Assembly: GCA_035456545.1 (NCBI GenBank)
Contig: DATIDB010000328.1
Location: forward strand, 1-24,073
Origin: Alphaproteobacteria bacterium
Lineage (GTDB): Bacteria; Pseudomonadota; Alphaproteobacteria; JAREAF01
Direction: 5' to 3'
DNA length: 24,073 bases
In this document: positions 22,920 through 24,073 of the stretch, piece after piece
Numbering within the stretch: position 1 is the stretch's first letter
Layout of the letters: every line of letters begins with the position of its first letter
Translations under genes and position numbers: made by a program
Notes under the pieces: generated by a model
What the model was told of the DNA's origin: nothing
What the model saw: only the letters and a program-made list of their open reading frames with translations
Database searches by the model: none

Positions 22920-24073
22920 GCCGCGCCCCCATGCGCCGGCATCGCGGCAGGCATGCGTATCCGTCCCGCCAGGACGGCGGCGAAGGCGAGCGCCAGCCCC
23001 AGCCCGATCACGCAGGCCGTCCAGCCGAATCGGTCGTAGACCTGGCCCAGCACCGCCGCGCCGGCGAGCCCGCCGAGATAGTAGGAGGCCAGGTACATGC
23101 CGCTGGCCGCGCCGCGGTCGGTGGTGGCCGAGCGGCTGATGAAGCCGGTGGCGGTCGCCTGCGCAAAGAATGTGCCGACGCCGATCAGCGCCAATCCGAC
23201 CATCACCGGCAGGAGATGGGGCGCAAGCAGCAGCGGCAAGCCCGCGCCCGCCACGGCCAGGGAGGCGAAGAAGGTGTTCCGGGCGCCGAGACGCTGCGCG
23301 ACCTTCCCCGCGAGCGGCGTTGTGAAGATCGCCGGCAGGAAGACGAAGTAGACGAACCCGAGCGTCATCGGGCTGAGGGCGATCGGCGGCTTCACCAGGA
23401 CGAAATTCACGTAAGTGTAGGTCCCGATGAAAACGAAGAGAATGGCGAAGCCGATGCCGAAGCCGAGCCGCAACGCGGGGTTTCGAAGGTGCTCGCCCCA
23501 CGCGGCGAAGGGCGAGGCGCGACCGGCCTCCACCGTCGCCATAGGCTGGGTGCGCTGGAGGGAGAAGAAGACCAGCGCTGCGCCGGCGAGGTTCAGGGCG
23601 GCGAAAAAGTAGAAATTCGCAGCAAGCCCGAACATGTCGGCGAGGGAGGCGGAGAGCAGCCTGCCGATGAGGTTGGAGGCCACATTACCGGTGATGCAGG
23701 CGGCCAGCGCTCCGGCGGCATCCGCCGCGCTGCAGCGCTCGGCCAGATAGGCGATGGTGAGCGCGAAGGCGGCGGACATGAAGACGCCCTGCGCGATGCG
23801 AAGCGCGGTGAAGCTGGCCAGGTCGGGAGCCGTCGCCAGCAGCGTCGTCGGCACGGAGAGGCAGGCCAGGCTGATCCAGATCCCGCGCCGCCGGTTGATC
23901 CGCCGGCTCACGAACGCGATGGCGATCCCGGCAGCGGCCATGCCGATGGTCGATGCGTTGACGGCGAATCCCATCGCCGCCGGGGTCACATCGTAGACCT
24001 TGACCAGGGTCGGCAGGATCGCCTGCGCCGCGAAAAGGTCGACGAAGGTCAGGAAGCTGATCACGCCCATGAC
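22916..24073 (-). CDS. MFS transporter (YnfM/YybF-like), 5'-truncated by the window edge
   Basis: About 12 TM-like segments, MFS motif SRRINRRRG, RIAQGVFMSAAFALTIAYLAE, ITGNVASNLIGRLLS and GAASGMYLASYYLGG..G..V.G. The frame stays open to the window end. Confidence 0.92.
   Translation of the reverse strand, partial: VMGVISFLTFVDLFAAQAILPTLVKVYDVTPAAMGFAVNASTIGMAAAGIAIAFVSRRINRRRGIWISLACLSVPTTLLATAPDLASFTALRIAQGVFMSAAFALTIAYLAERCSAADAAGALAACITGNVASNLIGRLLSASLADMFGLAANFYFFAALNLAGAALVFFSLQRTQPMATVEAGRASPFAAWGEHLRNPALRLGFGIGFAILFVFIGTYTYVNFVLVKPPIALSPMTLGFVYFVFLPAIFTTPLAGKVAQRLGARNTFFASLAVAGAGLPLLLAPHLLPVMVGLALIGVGTFFAQATATGFISRSATTDRGAASGMYLASYYLGGLAGAAVLGQVYDRFGWTACVIGLGLALAFAAVLAGRIRMPAAMPAHGGAA

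Noticed and set aside
20536-22932. 798-aa ORF suggesting a large fusion onto the dehydrogenase
   Set aside because: The upstream part crosses intergenic DNA and other genes and has shadow-ORF composition. A strong ribosome-binding site and signal peptide define the start at 21792.
18536-23501. Extended ORFs 18536-19504 and 22548-23501
   Set aside because: Read-through into the coupled upstream genes. True starts are ATG 19345 and ATG 22919.

Overview
High-GC window that looks alphaproteobacterial (inferred from protein families, promoter motifs and repeat type). It is densely coding, with no rRNA, tRNA, CRISPR array, transposase or integrase. In order: (1) 3' part of an RND efflux permease; (2) a minus-strand FAD-dependent oxidoreductase overlapping a small Trp/His-rich protein; (3) an orphan lipoprotein with a Pro/Ala-rich linker; (4) a FadR/GntR regulator divergent from a NitT/TauT-type ABC importer plus a fumarylacetoacetate (FAA) hydrolase-family gene, with back-to-back promoters and two matching operator-like boxes; (5) an AidB-like acyl-CoA dehydrogenase; (6) a polyamine-type ABC binding protein and two permeases with no ATPase gene, split by an inverted pair of REP-like palindromes; (7) a co-oriented minus-strand quinoprotein block: sorbosone-dehydrogenase/AA12-like beta-propeller enzyme, monoheme cytochrome c, ABC ATPase plus ABC-2 permease of the PQQ-associated (PedB/PedC-like) type, then pqqA (too short for the ORF track) and pqqBCDE; (8) a small basic hypothetical protein, a carboxymuconolactone decarboxylase (CMD)-family gene and a 5'-truncated MFS transporter. 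The best candidate for an under-described system is block 7. It encodes cofactor synthesis, a candidate exporter without its usual binding-protein and YVTN partners, a non-alcohol quinoprotein and a candidate electron acceptor, and its PqqB lacks two of the three structural-zinc cysteines. All family assignments come from recognised motifs; no database search was run.
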